A stretch of 64,000 nt of DNA from an uncultured Pelagibacteraceae bacterium (GTDB lineage Bacteria; Pseudomonadota; Alphaproteobacteria; Pelagibacterales; Pelagibacteraceae), in contig CACCVU010000001.1 in assembly GCA_902549495.1 (NCBI GenBank), positions 28,615-92,614 on the forward strand, read 5' to 3'. Positions 37,278-46,220 of the stretch are shown here, in pieces; the stretch's first letter is position 1; each line of letters starts with the position of its first letter. A model generated the notes under the pieces. The model had not been told where the DNA came from and did no database searches. It saw only the letters and a list, made by a program, of their open reading frames with translations. Position numbers and translations under genes: made by a program.

Positions 37278-39362
37278 ATGAATATACCAAAACTTAAGAA
37301 AATAAAGACTACGAAAAATTATCACGGGATTCCACTAGAAGATAACTATTCGTGGGTGGACCAGTCAAATATACTTGAAGTTTTAAAGGACCCAAAAAAG
37401 TTAAATACTGAGGTCAAGGATTATATAGAGGCTAATAACAAAGTAACCGAAGACTACTTCACAGACGTTAAAGAATTACAGAAAAATTTATTTAACGAAA
37501 TCAAAGGAAAAATTAAATTAGATGATACTGGATTAAAATATAAAGATAAAAGATATTATTATTGGGCAAAAACAGAAGCCAAGGGTAATTACGGTAAGAG
37601 AATGAGACAGCTCATTGATGGTTCTAAACCTGAAGAGGTTTTTTTTGATGGAGATTTGGAGAAGAAGAAATCTGGTTCAGAATACTTTGGGGTTGGAACT
37701 GTTAGCACTTCTTACTGTGATAATTTTATTGCTTATTCTTTAGATTTAAAAGGATCAGAGTATTACACAATTTATTTGAGAGATCTTAGAACAGGAAAAA
37801 ATGAAAAAGATGTAATTGAAAATACAAGCGGAAGCGTCACATGGGCTTTAGATAATAAAAGCTTTTTTTACTCGAAATTAGATCAATATCATAGACCAAG
37901 ACAAATTTTCAAACATGTTCTTGGAACACCTAACGATCAAGATCAACTAATATTTGAGGAAAAAGACGAAACTTTTACTTGTGGTATTGGTATTACCTCT
38001 GATGAAAAATATTTCATTATTGGGACTTCTGATCACATAACAACTGAAGAATATTTTTTTTCTACAGATGCTAAAGAAATTAAACCCACTCTTTTTCAAA
38101 AGAGAAAAAATGATATTCGTTATTCAATAGACTCTTGGCAAGGTTATTTTTATGTTCACACTAATGAAGAAGCTAGGGACTATAAGGTGCTTAGATGTAA
38201 GACTAGTCAGATAGATAAATTAGAAGTTTTTATCCCAGCAAAAAAAGAGACTGTTATCGGTGGTTTTGAGTTTTTAGATGATTATATTATTAGATCAGAA
38301 AAGTCTGATGCTATACCAAAACTGTTTGTAAGAAATATTCAAACTAACAAAGAAGAGGAAATTAAAATTTCAGATGAACCAATAGGTGTACCTGGTGTTT
38401 CTTTAATGCAAAGAGATACAAATACTACATTGATAAGAGTTGGTTGGGAGAGTATGGCAACTCCAGGAAGAGTTTATGAGTATGATATCGTTACTAAAGA
38501 AAAAAAATTAGTTAAAGAAACAGAAATACCATCTGGTCATGATCCTAGCAAATATGTAGTAGAAAGAATTAAAGCTCGGTCACATGATGGTCGTATGGTT
38601 CCAATTAGTTTAATAAGATTAAAAGACTCAAAACAAGACGGAAAATCTAAAGTCTTACTCTATGCTTATGGTGCTTATAAACATAGCATCTCACCATCTT
38701 TTAGCGCCTCTAGATTTTGTTTGATCGACAGAGGTATTACTTTTGCAATAGCTCACATAAGGGGCGGCGGCGATTTGGGAGACATTTGGCATACGGAAGG
38801 TAAAAAGAAATTAAAGAAAAATACTTTTTTAGATTATATAGCATGTGCAAACCATCTAATTGAGCAAAGGTATACTTATAAAGGTGGAATCTGTTTTCTT
38901 GGCGGCAGCGCTGGAGGTTTAACTGGATCAGGAGTAGTCAATATGGCATCAGAATTATTTTTTTCTGTTTTGCTCTTAGTTCCATTTGTAGATGTAATGA
39001 CAACAATGTTAAATGAAAAATTACCTTTGACTCCAGGGGAATGGGAAATGTGGGGAAATCCAATTAAAAGCAAAGAGTATTTTGAGTATATTCTATCTTA
39101 CTCCCCTTATAATAATCTTGAGAAAAAAGATTATCCGCCGATGCTCATCACGACATCTTTATTTGATAATCGAGTTCTTTATTCTGAGCCTGTAAAGTAT
39201 ATTGCAAAATTAAGAGATTTAAAAACTGATAATAATAATCAATTACTGAAATGTAAGATGAAAGAAAGTGGTCATAGCGGCGCTAGTGGCCGGGATAACG
39301 CAATTAACGAGTTAGCAGAAGAATATTCTTTTATTTTAAAATCTGCAAAAATTTTAAAATAA
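37278..39362 (+). CDS. ptrB: Oligopeptidase B (S9A)
   Basis: EDNYSW, YAYGAY, HIRGGG, GGSAGG, DNRV, GH. Confidence 0.92.
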   Translation: MNIPKLKKIKTTKNYHGIPLEDNYSWVDQSNILEVLKDPKKLNTEVKDYIEANNKVTEDYFTDVKELQKNLFNEIKGKIKLDDTGLKYKDKRYYYWAKTEAKGNYGKRMRQLIDGSKPEEVFFDGDLEKKKSGSEYFGVGTVSTSYCDNFIAYSLDLKGSEYYTIYLRDLRTGKNEKDVIENTSGSVTWALDNKSFFYSKLDQYHRPRQIFKHVLGTPNDQDQLIFEEKDETFTCGIGITSDEKYFIIGTSDHITTEEYFFSTDAKEIKPTLFQKRKNDIRYSIDSWQGYFYVHTNEEARDYKVLRCKTSQIDKLEVFIPAKKETVIGGFEFLDDYIIRSEKSDAIPKLFVRNIQTNKEEEIKISDEPIGVPGVSLMQRDTNTTLIRVGWESMATPGRVYEYDIVTKEKKLVKETEIPSGHDPSKYVVERIKARSHDGRMVPISLIRLKDSKQDGKSKVLLYAYGAYKHSISPSFSASRFCLIDRGITFAIAHIRGGGDLGDIWHTEGKKKLKKNTFLDYIACANHLIEQRYTYKGGICFLGGSAGGLTGSGVVNMASELFFSVLLLVPFVDVMTTMLNEKLPLTPGEWEMWGNPIKSKEYFEYILSYSPYNNLEKKDYPPMLITTSLFDNRVLYSEPVKYIAKLRDLKTDNNNQLLKCKMKESGHSGASGRDNAINELAEEYSFILKSAKILK

Positions 39363-39366
39363 TAAT

Positions 39367-39394
39367 CTTGAAAAAATAAAAATAATTCCCATAT
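39367..39394 (+). promoter_or_regulatory. RpoH (sigma-32) promoter
   Basis: CTTGAA-N15-CCCATAT upstream of the sHSP gene. Confidence 0.8.
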
Positions 39395-39399
39395 AAATC

Positions 39400-39454
39400 T
39401 TGTCGGTTGCCAAATGGGACTGACATTAACCTTGCTAACAAAGGAGGACATATG
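39400..39454 (+). promoter_or_regulatory. ROSE-like RNA thermometer
   Basis: 5' hairpin TGTCGGTT/GACTGACA, then CTTGCT paired to AGGAGG SD. Confidence 0.65.
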
Positions 39455-39895
39455 ACAAGTAAGGATCTATCGATCTTTAATTCACTTAGACCTTTTAGCA
39501 TTGGATTCGATGACATGTTTGATCAATTCGAGTCTATGTTAGGGAATGGTAGTCTTGGTGTACAAACCAATTATCCACCATACAACATCCGAAAGGCAGG
39601 CAAAGATAAGTATGCTATTGAAGTAGCAGTTGCTGGCTTTAACAAAGATGATGTTGAAGTTGAATATGAAGATAATCTTTTAACTGTAAAAACAAAAGAC
39701 GTTAAAAGAACTGAAGAAAAAGAAGGAGATGAAGTTATTCATCGAGGAATATCACAAAGATCTTTTGCTAGATCATTTACAATTGCAGATGATGTAAAAG
39801 TGAATGGTGCTGAACTTAAAGATGGTTTACTGACTATTTCTTGTGAAAAAATTATCCCTGAAATTAAGAAAAAAAGACTTATTGAAATTAAATAA
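39452..39895 (+). CDS. ibpA: Small heat shock protein (Hsp20, IbpA-like)
   Basis: SIGFD, NYPPYNI, AVAGF, HRGISQRSF, LKDGLL; start at ATG 39452. Confidence 0.93.
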   Translation: MTSKDLSIFNSLRPFSIGFDDMFDQFESMLGNGSLGVQTNYPPYNIRKAGKDKYAIEVAVAGFNKDDVEVEYEDNLLTVKTKDVKRTEEKEGDEVIHRGISQRSFARSFTIADDVKVNGAELKDGLLTISCEKIIPEIKKKRLIEIK

Positions 39896-39902
39896 GTTTA
39901 CC

Positions 39903-39932
39903 TTACTTGCGGAGTATTTACTCCGCAGGTAA
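39903..39932. terminator. Hairpin terminator between convergent genes
   Basis: TTACTTGCGGAGTA-TT-TACTCCGCAGGTAA. Confidence 0.85.
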
Positions 39933-40238
39933 TTAAAAGCAATTTTTGCTACTAAAACCAACCACAATATTCCTTGGGTTTACCTCAAACTTACGCTCAC
40001 ACTTAATTTTATATTTTTCAGTTATATAGACGTAATTTCTATTTCTTGTTTTTAAAAATTCAACTTTATCAGGTTGGCCATAAAAACTTTTAAGATCTTC
40101 TTCAGGTTTATTTAACCATTTGCTTAATTCCTGCTCTTCTTTAGTTGTCGTATCTTCAATTTTCTTTGAGACAGTTTGGCAACCAATTAATGAAATTAAA
40201 AATAATGTGTATAAAATCGTAAAATAAAATCTTTTCAT
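39933..40238 (-). CDS. Lipoprotein, hypothetical
   Basis: MKRFYF...LIGC lipobox; YGQPD. Confidence 0.75.
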   Translation of the reverse strand: MKRFYFTILYTLFLISLIGCQTVSKKIEDTTTKEEQELSKWLNKPEEDLKSFYGQPDKVEFLKTRNRNYVYITEKYKIKCERKFEVNPRNIVVGFSSKNCF

Positions 40239-40372
40239 TCTTATCCTTATTTTATAACGAAAAGTTATAAACAGATACACTTACTCTTAGTTGAATCTTA
40301 TCAGATATGACAGATTTAGTTAAGATTTTAAGAAGTTAATAGAGTAAATAATTCTTAAAGGAGAATTATTTT

Positions 40373-41680
40373 ATGATGGAAAAATATTTTGAGTACAAAA
40401 AAAATAAAACTAATTTTAGGACAGAAGTAATAGCTGGAACCTCGACATTTATGACGATGTGTTACATATTATTTCTCCAGCCTTTCATCCTATCTGGAGA
40501 ATTCGCGGGTCCTGAAAAAGGTTTTTTTGATTTCGGCGCTGTATTTACTGCGACCGTAATTATTACTGCTGCAGCTTGCTTTTTGATGGGACTGTATGGC
40601 CGTACCTGGCCGATAGGGCTCTCTTGCGGCATGGGCATAAATGCCTTCATTGCATTCGGTGTAGTAGCTGGAATGGGTTATACTCCACAACAAGCACTTG
40701 GCGCTTGCTTAGCAGCGGGTATTTTATTTCTAATAATATCGTTAACACCTTTGAGAGCATGGTTAATCAACTCGATTCCAAAAAGTTTAAAGTTAGGTAT
40801 CGGCGGAGGGATTGGATTGTTCTTGGCGATTATAGGGTTGGAAATTATGGGTGTGGTTGCAGATCATCCTGTTACTTTAGTTACTCTAGGCGATTTAAAA
40901 AATCCTTTAACCTTGCTTGGTTGTTTAGCTTTTGTATCTATGATTATTTTAGAAAAATATAAAATTAAAGGTAATATTATTATTGGGATATTATTTTTCA
41001 GTATAATTGCTTGGGTTGCAGGATTAGCTAAATTTAATGGGGTAGTAAGTGCTCCACCACCTATGACATATCTTTTTGCATTTGATATGTCTGCAATTTT
41101 TACAGCTGGAATGATAACAATAGTGTTTACTTTACTTTTTATCGATTTCTTTGATACGGCTGGGACTTTAACTTCTGTAGCAAATGTTGCAGGAAAAGTT
41201 GGTAAAGATGGAAAGGTGAAAGATATTGATAAAGCAATGTTATCAGATAGTGCTTCAACAGTTGGTGGAGCACTTTTGGGAACCTCAACAGTAACTTCAT
41301 TCGTTGAAAGTGGAGCAGGTGTAAAAGCAGGTGGACGTACGGGAATGACATCAATAGTGATTGGTGTCTTATTTTTATCGTGCTTATTTTTTTCACCTTT
41401 AGCTACAAGCCTACCTAAAGAAATAGACGGTGCTGCTTTACTTTATGTATCAATTTTATTTGTTAGAAATATTGTTGATATAGAATGGAATGATATTGCG
41501 GAGTCCTCAAGTTCTGTAGTTGCTCTTGTAGCCATGCCGCTCACATACTCGATCAGTAACGGCATAGCCCTTGCATTTATTACTTACGCTTTGGTAAAGA
41601 TATTTACAGGGCAGTTTTCAAAAACTTCACCGGCTATTTGGGTGATAGCAATTTTAAGCTTCTTAAGCTTTATTGCTTAA
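40373..41680 (+). CDS. NCS2/AzgA-family purine permease
   Basis: TEVIAG, GMGINAF, GIGLFL, DFFDTAGT, FVESGAGV..GGRTG, PLTYSISNG. Confidence 0.92.
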   Translation: MMEKYFEYKKNKTNFRTEVIAGTSTFMTMCYILFLQPFILSGEFAGPEKGFFDFGAVFTATVIITAAACFLMGLYGRTWPIGLSCGMGINAFIAFGVVAGMGYTPQQALGACLAAGILFLIISLTPLRAWLINSIPKSLKLGIGGGIGLFLAIIGLEIMGVVADHPVTLVTLGDLKNPLTLLGCLAFVSMIILEKYKIKGNIIIGILFFSIIAWVAGLAKFNGVVSAPPPMTYLFAFDMSAIFTAGMITIVFTLLFIDFFDTAGTLTSVANVAGKVGKDGKVKDIDKAMLSDSASTVGGALLGTSTVTSFVESGAGVKAGGRTGMTSIVIGVLFLSCLFFSPLATSLPKEIDGAALLYVSILFVRNIVDIEWNDIAESSSSVVALVAMPLTYSISNGIALAFITYALVKIFTGQFSKTSPAIWVIAILSFLSFIA

Positions 41681-41687
41681 AAATTTT

Positions 41688-41709
41688 AGGGCCAGTTAAT
41701 TCTGGCCCT
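41688..41709. terminator. Hairpin terminator between convergent genes
   Basis: AGGGCCAG-ttaatt-CTGGCCCT. Confidence 0.8.
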
Positions 41710-42236
41710 TAATTCTTCTGATGTTTCTTAATTAAATCCTGAACTCTTATTTTTTCATAATGCTCGAATGGTTGAACAATCCACGGATTACTATCTAATC
41801 TCTGGGCGCAAAAATCAGGTTCAAAAGTTGAGTCTTTTTTCTTCCAAAGCACAGCGGTTTTAATTTCTTTTATATTGCCTTTGAGGGGTGGATATTTTTT
41901 TAACCAATCAATACTTTTATTTAGCGTTACCCCTGTATCAGATAAGTCATCACATAAAAGAATGTTGCCTTTCATGTCTTGAACAGTAGAGCTCATTTCT
42001 CTTGAGAAAACTAAATCCCCTTGTTGATCTTCTGTACCCTCTCCAGAGTATGATTCTACGGCAAGATAAGCGCATTTTAATTTAAAAACTCGGCTTAAGA
42101 CATCGGTAATTGGAAGGCCACCTCTTGCAATACCAATAAGTAAGTTAGGTTTGAAACCACTTTCATGAATTTGTATTGCTAATTTTTCAACAATTAGATT
42201 ATACTCTTTCCAATCAATGATAAGTTTATCTGCCAT
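41709..42236 (-). CDS. Purine phosphoribosyltransferase (Gpt-like)
   Basis: IARGGL, LCDDLSDTGVT, WIVQPFE. Confidence 0.88.
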   Translation of the reverse strand: MADKLIIDWKEYNLIVEKLAIQIHESGFKPNLLIGIARGGLPITDVLSRVFKLKCAYLAVESYSGEGTEDQQGDLVFSREMSSTVQDMKGNILLCDDLSDTGVTLNKSIDWLKKYPPLKGNIKEIKTAVLWKKKDSTFEPDFCAQRLDSNPWIVQPFEHYEKIRVQDLIKKHQKN

Positions 42237-42269
42237 GAAGAAAGCTAATTTATTTTTAAGGAGTTGTAA

Positions 42270-42557
42270 ATGAAAGGATACGTAGTTTGTGTTTATAAAA
42301 GTATAAGTAATGATGAAAAATTAAAAGAATACGCTGTCAAAGCTAAAGTAGCGGTTGAAAAATATAAGGGAAAATTTTTAATTAGAGGTGGAAGATCTAC
42401 ATCTAATGAGGGCGATAAATCTCCAAGAACAGTTGTAATTGAGTTTCCATCCTATGATGAAGCCAATAACTTTTACAATTCAAAAGAATATCAAGATGCA
42501 CATTCTATTCTTGAAGGCTACGCAGAACGTCAACATCAAACGATTGAGGGCGCTTAA
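42270..42557 (+). CDS. DUF1330 family protein
   Basis: GKFLIRGG, RTVVIEFPS, FYNSKEYQ. Confidence 0.88.
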   Translation: MKGYVVCVYKSISNDEKLKEYAVKAKVAVEKYKGKFLIRGGRSTSNEGDKSPRTVVIEFPSYDEANNFYNSKEYQDAHSILEGYAERQHQTIEGA

Positions 42558-43177
42558 TATTGAATTGGTTCATCGTCAATACTGCGCCAGAGATACCACG
42601 TAGCAACTGAACAATAAGGTGTAAATTTTTTATAAAGTTTGTCTAAAAAACTTTTTGGAGGAAAGTATTTTTTCTTATAATTATTTGATATTGCTCTTAA
42701 TAAGCCAATATCTTGTAAAGGCCAAATATTAGAACGATTGTAAGTGAATAGTAAAATCATTTCTGCACTCCATCTGCCTATTTGTCTTAAAGATGATAAG
42801 TATTGAATGGCTTCCTCGTCATTCATGTTTTTGATTAATTTTGGATCAAATTCTTTTCTTACCATTTTTATAGCAAGTTCTTTAATTCCTTTTGCTTTTT
42901 GTTTGGTCATGCCACAAGATTTTATCTGCGAAATTGATAATTTGGCAACTTGAGTTGGCTTAATTTTCCCAACTTTTTTTTGAAATCGATTAAATACTGC
43001 TGAAGCCGAAAAAGTTGATAATTGCTGGCCTATTACGCTCTTGCACAATGAATAAAAAATATCTTTTCTTGTTGTAAGGAATTTATCGTTATATTTTATA
43101 ATAAGTTTTTTTAGTACTTTATCTTTTTTAGATAAAATTTTTATTGCTTTTGGCCAGTAACTTGGATACTTGCTCAC
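42554..43177 (-). CDS. DNA-3-methyladenine glycosylase (AlkA/HhH-GPD)
   Basis: GQQLS, IGRWSAEM, WPLQDIG, ATWYLW. Confidence 0.9.
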   Translation of the reverse strand: MSKYPSYWPKAIKILSKKDKVLKKLIIKYNDKFLTTRKDIFYSLCKSVIGQQLSTFSASAVFNRFQKKVGKIKPTQVAKLSISQIKSCGMTKQKAKGIKELAIKMVRKEFDPKLIKNMNDEEAIQYLSSLRQIGRWSAEMILLFTYNRSNIWPLQDIGLLRAISNNYKKKYFPPKSFLDKLYKKFTPYCSVATWYLWRSIDDEPIQY

Positions 43178-44052
43178 GGCCTAGGACTTATAACTTGTTT
43201 TTTAAGTTGAGACTCTCTCATAAAAATAATTACAGAACTTGCAATAATTAAACCAGCGCCCAAAAGAGTTAGCACTTTTGGTATTTCGCCCCAAATGAAA
43301 TATCCTAATAAAATTGCAAATACTAAATTTAAATATTTTGTTGGTGTGACTAGTGATGCTTCTGCAATTCTTAGTGAAACGGTAAGTAAAATATTAGCAA
43401 CTGAGCCAATTATCCCAGTAAAAATTAGAAGAAATAGTTCAAATTTTGATGGCATGACCCAGCCAAAAGGAAGTGTTGCTAAACCAACTACCATACTCAG
43501 TAAAGAAAAGTATAAAGCAATTCTATAATTAGGCTCGGTAGAAGATAAGCTTCTTATGCTTAGAGCTACGCATGCAAAGAAAATACAAAAAATTATTGGA
43601 AATAAGTAATAAATATTTAATTCTTCATAAGCTGGTTTAACAATCATTAACATTCCAATAAACCCAATGAAAACAGCAGACCACCTTCTAATACCCACTT
43701 TTTCGGATAAAAAAAATATTGAACCTAAGGTGACGAAGATTGGTCCTCCAAAAGTCAAACTTACAACATCTGCTAAAGGTATCTCTCTTAGAGCAATAAA
43801 TAGAGCAACTATTGCTAACGTCCCAGTTACAGCTCTGAAAGCATGTAGTTTAGGTCTGGTAGTTTTATAAAAAGTTTTAAATTCATTCCTAGGTACAAGC
43901 AGTAATATGGGTATCAAACCAAAAAAAAATCTTGCAAATAACACTTCACCTACAGGAAACTGGTCTAACCATTTTACACAAGCATCCATCATGGCAAAAC
44001 ATGCCACAGATGCTACCCCGTACAATACGCCTAATTGATTTCGTGCTAACAA
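43174..44052 (-). CDS. DMT/EamA family transporter
   Basis: About 10 TMs, FLSEKVGIRRW, IWGEIP. Confidence 0.9.
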   Translation of the reverse strand: MLARNQLGVLYGVASVACFAMMDACVKWLDQFPVGEVLFARFFFGLIPILLLVPRNEFKTFYKTTRPKLHAFRAVTGTLAIVALFIALREIPLADVVSLTFGGPIFVTLGSIFFLSEKVGIRRWSAVFIGFIGMLMIVKPAYEELNIYYLFPIIFCIFFACVALSIRSLSSTEPNYRIALYFSLLSMVVGLATLPFGWVMPSKFELFLLIFTGIIGSVANILLTVSLRIAEASLVTPTKYLNLVFAILLGYFIWGEIPKVLTLLGAGLIIASSVIIFMRESQLKKQVISPRP

Positions 44053-44085
44053 TCTAATATCCTCACAACTCTATATAATTACTTT

Positions 44086-44532
44086 ATGAAGAAATGTACA
44101 CTTGCTCTTGGCTGTTTTTGGAAACCTGAGGAAAACTTCAAAAATAAGCTGGGTATAATTGAAACAGAAGTCGGCTATGCCGGTGGATTATCTGATAAAG
44201 TTACATATGAAGAAGTATGTAAAGGTGACACTGGTCATGCAGAAGTTGTAAGACTTACCTTTGATGAAAAATTAATTTCCTTTAAAAAAATTTTAGATTT
44301 ATTTTTCAAAATGCACGATCCTACTCAAAAAGATATGCAATATCCTGATGTGGGAACTCAATATAGAAGTGAAATATTTTATGAGGATGACATTCAAAAA
44401 GCTGAAGCTAAAGAAATTTTAGAAATTTTTAATAAGGAGTTTAATGGAAAAATTCAAACTAATATTTCTCGGCTCAAAAATTATTGTAAAGCAGAAGAAT
44501 ATCATCAAAAATACTTAGAAAAAAATAGATAA
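44086..44532 (+). CDS. msrA: Peptide-methionine (S)-S-oxide reductase
   Basis: GCFW, GYAGG, YEEVC, GHAE, HDPT, QYRS, AEEYHQKY. Confidence 0.95.
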   Translation: MKKCTLALGCFWKPEENFKNKLGIIETEVGYAGGLSDKVTYEEVCKGDTGHAEVVRLTFDEKLISFKKILDLFFKMHDPTQKDMQYPDVGTQYRSEIFYEDDIQKAEAKEILEIFNKEFNGKIQTNISRLKNYCKAEEYHQKYLEKNR

Positions 44533-45344
44533 TGAAACAGCTTGTTACTACAGAATGGCTAGAAAAAAATATCAATAAAGTGAAAATATTAGATGCTACC
44601 TGGTGTTTGCCTAACTCAGGTAGAAATGCCAAAGAGGAGTTTAAAGAAAATCATATTAAGAACTCAATCTTCTTTGATATTGATAAAAACTCAAAGCAAA
44701 ATTCTTCATTACCTCATATGCTTCCTTCAAATAAAGAGTGGGAAAGCATTGTTTCAAATTTAGGGATAAATACTTCTGACCATATAATTATTTATGATAA
44801 CTCAGATGTCTTCAGTTCATGTAGAGTTTGGTATACTTTTATTTACTTTGGACACAATTCTGATCTAGTTTCTGTTTTAGACGGAAATTTTACGAAATGG
44901 TTAAAGGAAAATAGAGGTGTTTCAAAAGAAGTTATAAAAATCTCAAAAACCAATTACGAAGCTAAGGAAAATTTATCTATGGTAATTGACAAGACTCAAG
45001 TTAAAAAAAACATATTAGATAAAAAATTTCAATTAATAGATGCTAGGAGCAAAGAAAGATTTTTGGGTTTGGTTCCTGAGCCTCGAAAAGGATTAAAAAG
45101 TGGTCACATAGAAGGGTCTAGAAATTTACCTTTTCAATTACTTTTAAATGAAGATCGAACCTTTAAAAAAAAAGAAGAATTAATAAAGATTTTTGATCAA
45201 AATAAAATAGATAAAGATAAAGATATTGCTTTTACATGTGGATCTGGAGTAACAGCATGTATTTTAGGACTAGCTAATTCTATCATAAGTGGTAAAAAAC
45301 CTACTATCTATGACGGCTCATGGTCAGAGTACGGATTAGAATAA
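44532..45344 (+). CDS. sseA: 3-mercaptopyruvate sulfurtransferase
   Basis: LPHMLP, DARS..RF, GHI, CGSGVTAC, YDGSWSE. Confidence 0.93.
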   Translation: MKQLVTTEWLEKNINKVKILDATWCLPNSGRNAKEEFKENHIKNSIFFDIDKNSKQNSSLPHMLPSNKEWESIVSNLGINTSDHIIIYDNSDVFSSCRVWYTFIYFGHNSDLVSVLDGNFTKWLKENRGVSKEVIKISKTNYEAKENLSMVIDKTQVKKNILDKKFQLIDARSKERFLGLVPEPRKGLKSGHIEGSRNLPFQLLLNEDRTFKKKEELIKIFDQNKIDKDKDIAFTCGSGVTACILGLANSIISGKKPTIYDGSWSEYGLE

Positions 45345-45347
45345 AAA

Positions 45348-46220
45348 ATGAAAGCATCATCCAAATTAAAAGTATTTTTAATTATTTTCTTTATTGCTAT
45401 TTTTGCAATTATTGCTGCAAGACATTTTATTGGTTTACACTTTAAAAAAAAATTTAGTGTAAGGCCTGCGCCAGGAGTAATTGTTGAAAAAGTTGAAAGA
45501 TCTCTATTTTACAAAAGTATAGAAACTTTTGGAACAGCATTAGCGCAAAATTCGAAAACTTATAGAATAAAAACTAATGAAGTTGCTGGAAAATTAAACA
45601 TTGATAATAGATTTGTAAAAAAAGGTGAAGTTATCCTTAGGCTTACAAGCGGAGAAGAGGTTATTGCAGATTTCGCGGGTAAATTAGGGAAAAGAGAAAT
45701 TGCCCAAGGAGTTTTGGGTTCAGAGAGTTTAATAGTAACCTTGGATGACTTAAAAAAAATAGTAATAGATATAAAAGTTCCAGAGAATTATGTAAGTATA
45801 CTTAAACCAGGATTAAAAGCAGAAATAACAAGTTCAGCATTCAAGAAAGCTTTTAAAGGAAAAATTCAAACAATTAGCTCAAGAATAGATCCTTCTACAA
45901 GATCAATTTTATCCAGAGTTTTAGTTGATAATTCTAATTTTGAAATCATTCCAGGACAACTAATGACGGTAAAAATTATCTACGACGAAATCAACCAAAT
46001 TGGCGTTCCTGAAAGTGCAGTAACGATACAAGGTAATACAGCTTTTGTTTACACTGTAAGTAACGAAACTGCTGAAAAAAAAAATATTGAAATTGGTAAA
46101 AGAAATTTTGGAAAAGTTTCTGTTGTATCAGGTATAAATGAAGGTGATCTTGTTATTACAGAGGGCGTCTCAAAAGTAAGAAATAATGCTAAAATCAAAA
46201 TTATAAATCCAAGAAATTAA
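45348..46220 (+). CDS. RND efflux periplasmic adaptor subunit
   Basis: N-terminal TM, SRIDPSTR, IIPGQL, VPESAV; precedes RND permease. Confidence 0.9.
   Translation: MKASSKLKVFLIIFFIAIFAIIAARHFIGLHFKKKFSVRPAPGVIVEKVERSLFYKSIETFGTALAQNSKTYRIKTNEVAGKLNIDNRFVKKGEVILRLTSGEEVIADFAGKLGKREIAQGVLGSESLIVTLDDLKKIVIDIKVPENYVSILKPGLKAEITSSAFKKAFKGKIQTISSRIDPSTRSILSRVLVDNSNFEIIPGQLMTVKIIYDEINQIGVPESAVTIQGNTAFVYTVSNETAEKKNIEIGKRNFGKVSVVSGINEGDLVITEGVSKVRNNAKIKIINPRN

Noticed and set aside
3504-44532. Diversity-generating retroelement or retron as the cause of divergence
   Set aside because: No reverse transcriptase or TR/VR repeat pair in the window, and inferred changes are not limited to adenines (e.g. 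Trp to Phe, Pro to Phe).
3504-44532. Pseudogenisation, sequencing error or alternative genetic code
   Set aside because: ORFs are full length and free of frameshifts, catalytic residues are kept, substitutions are heterogeneous, and distal genes translate canonically.
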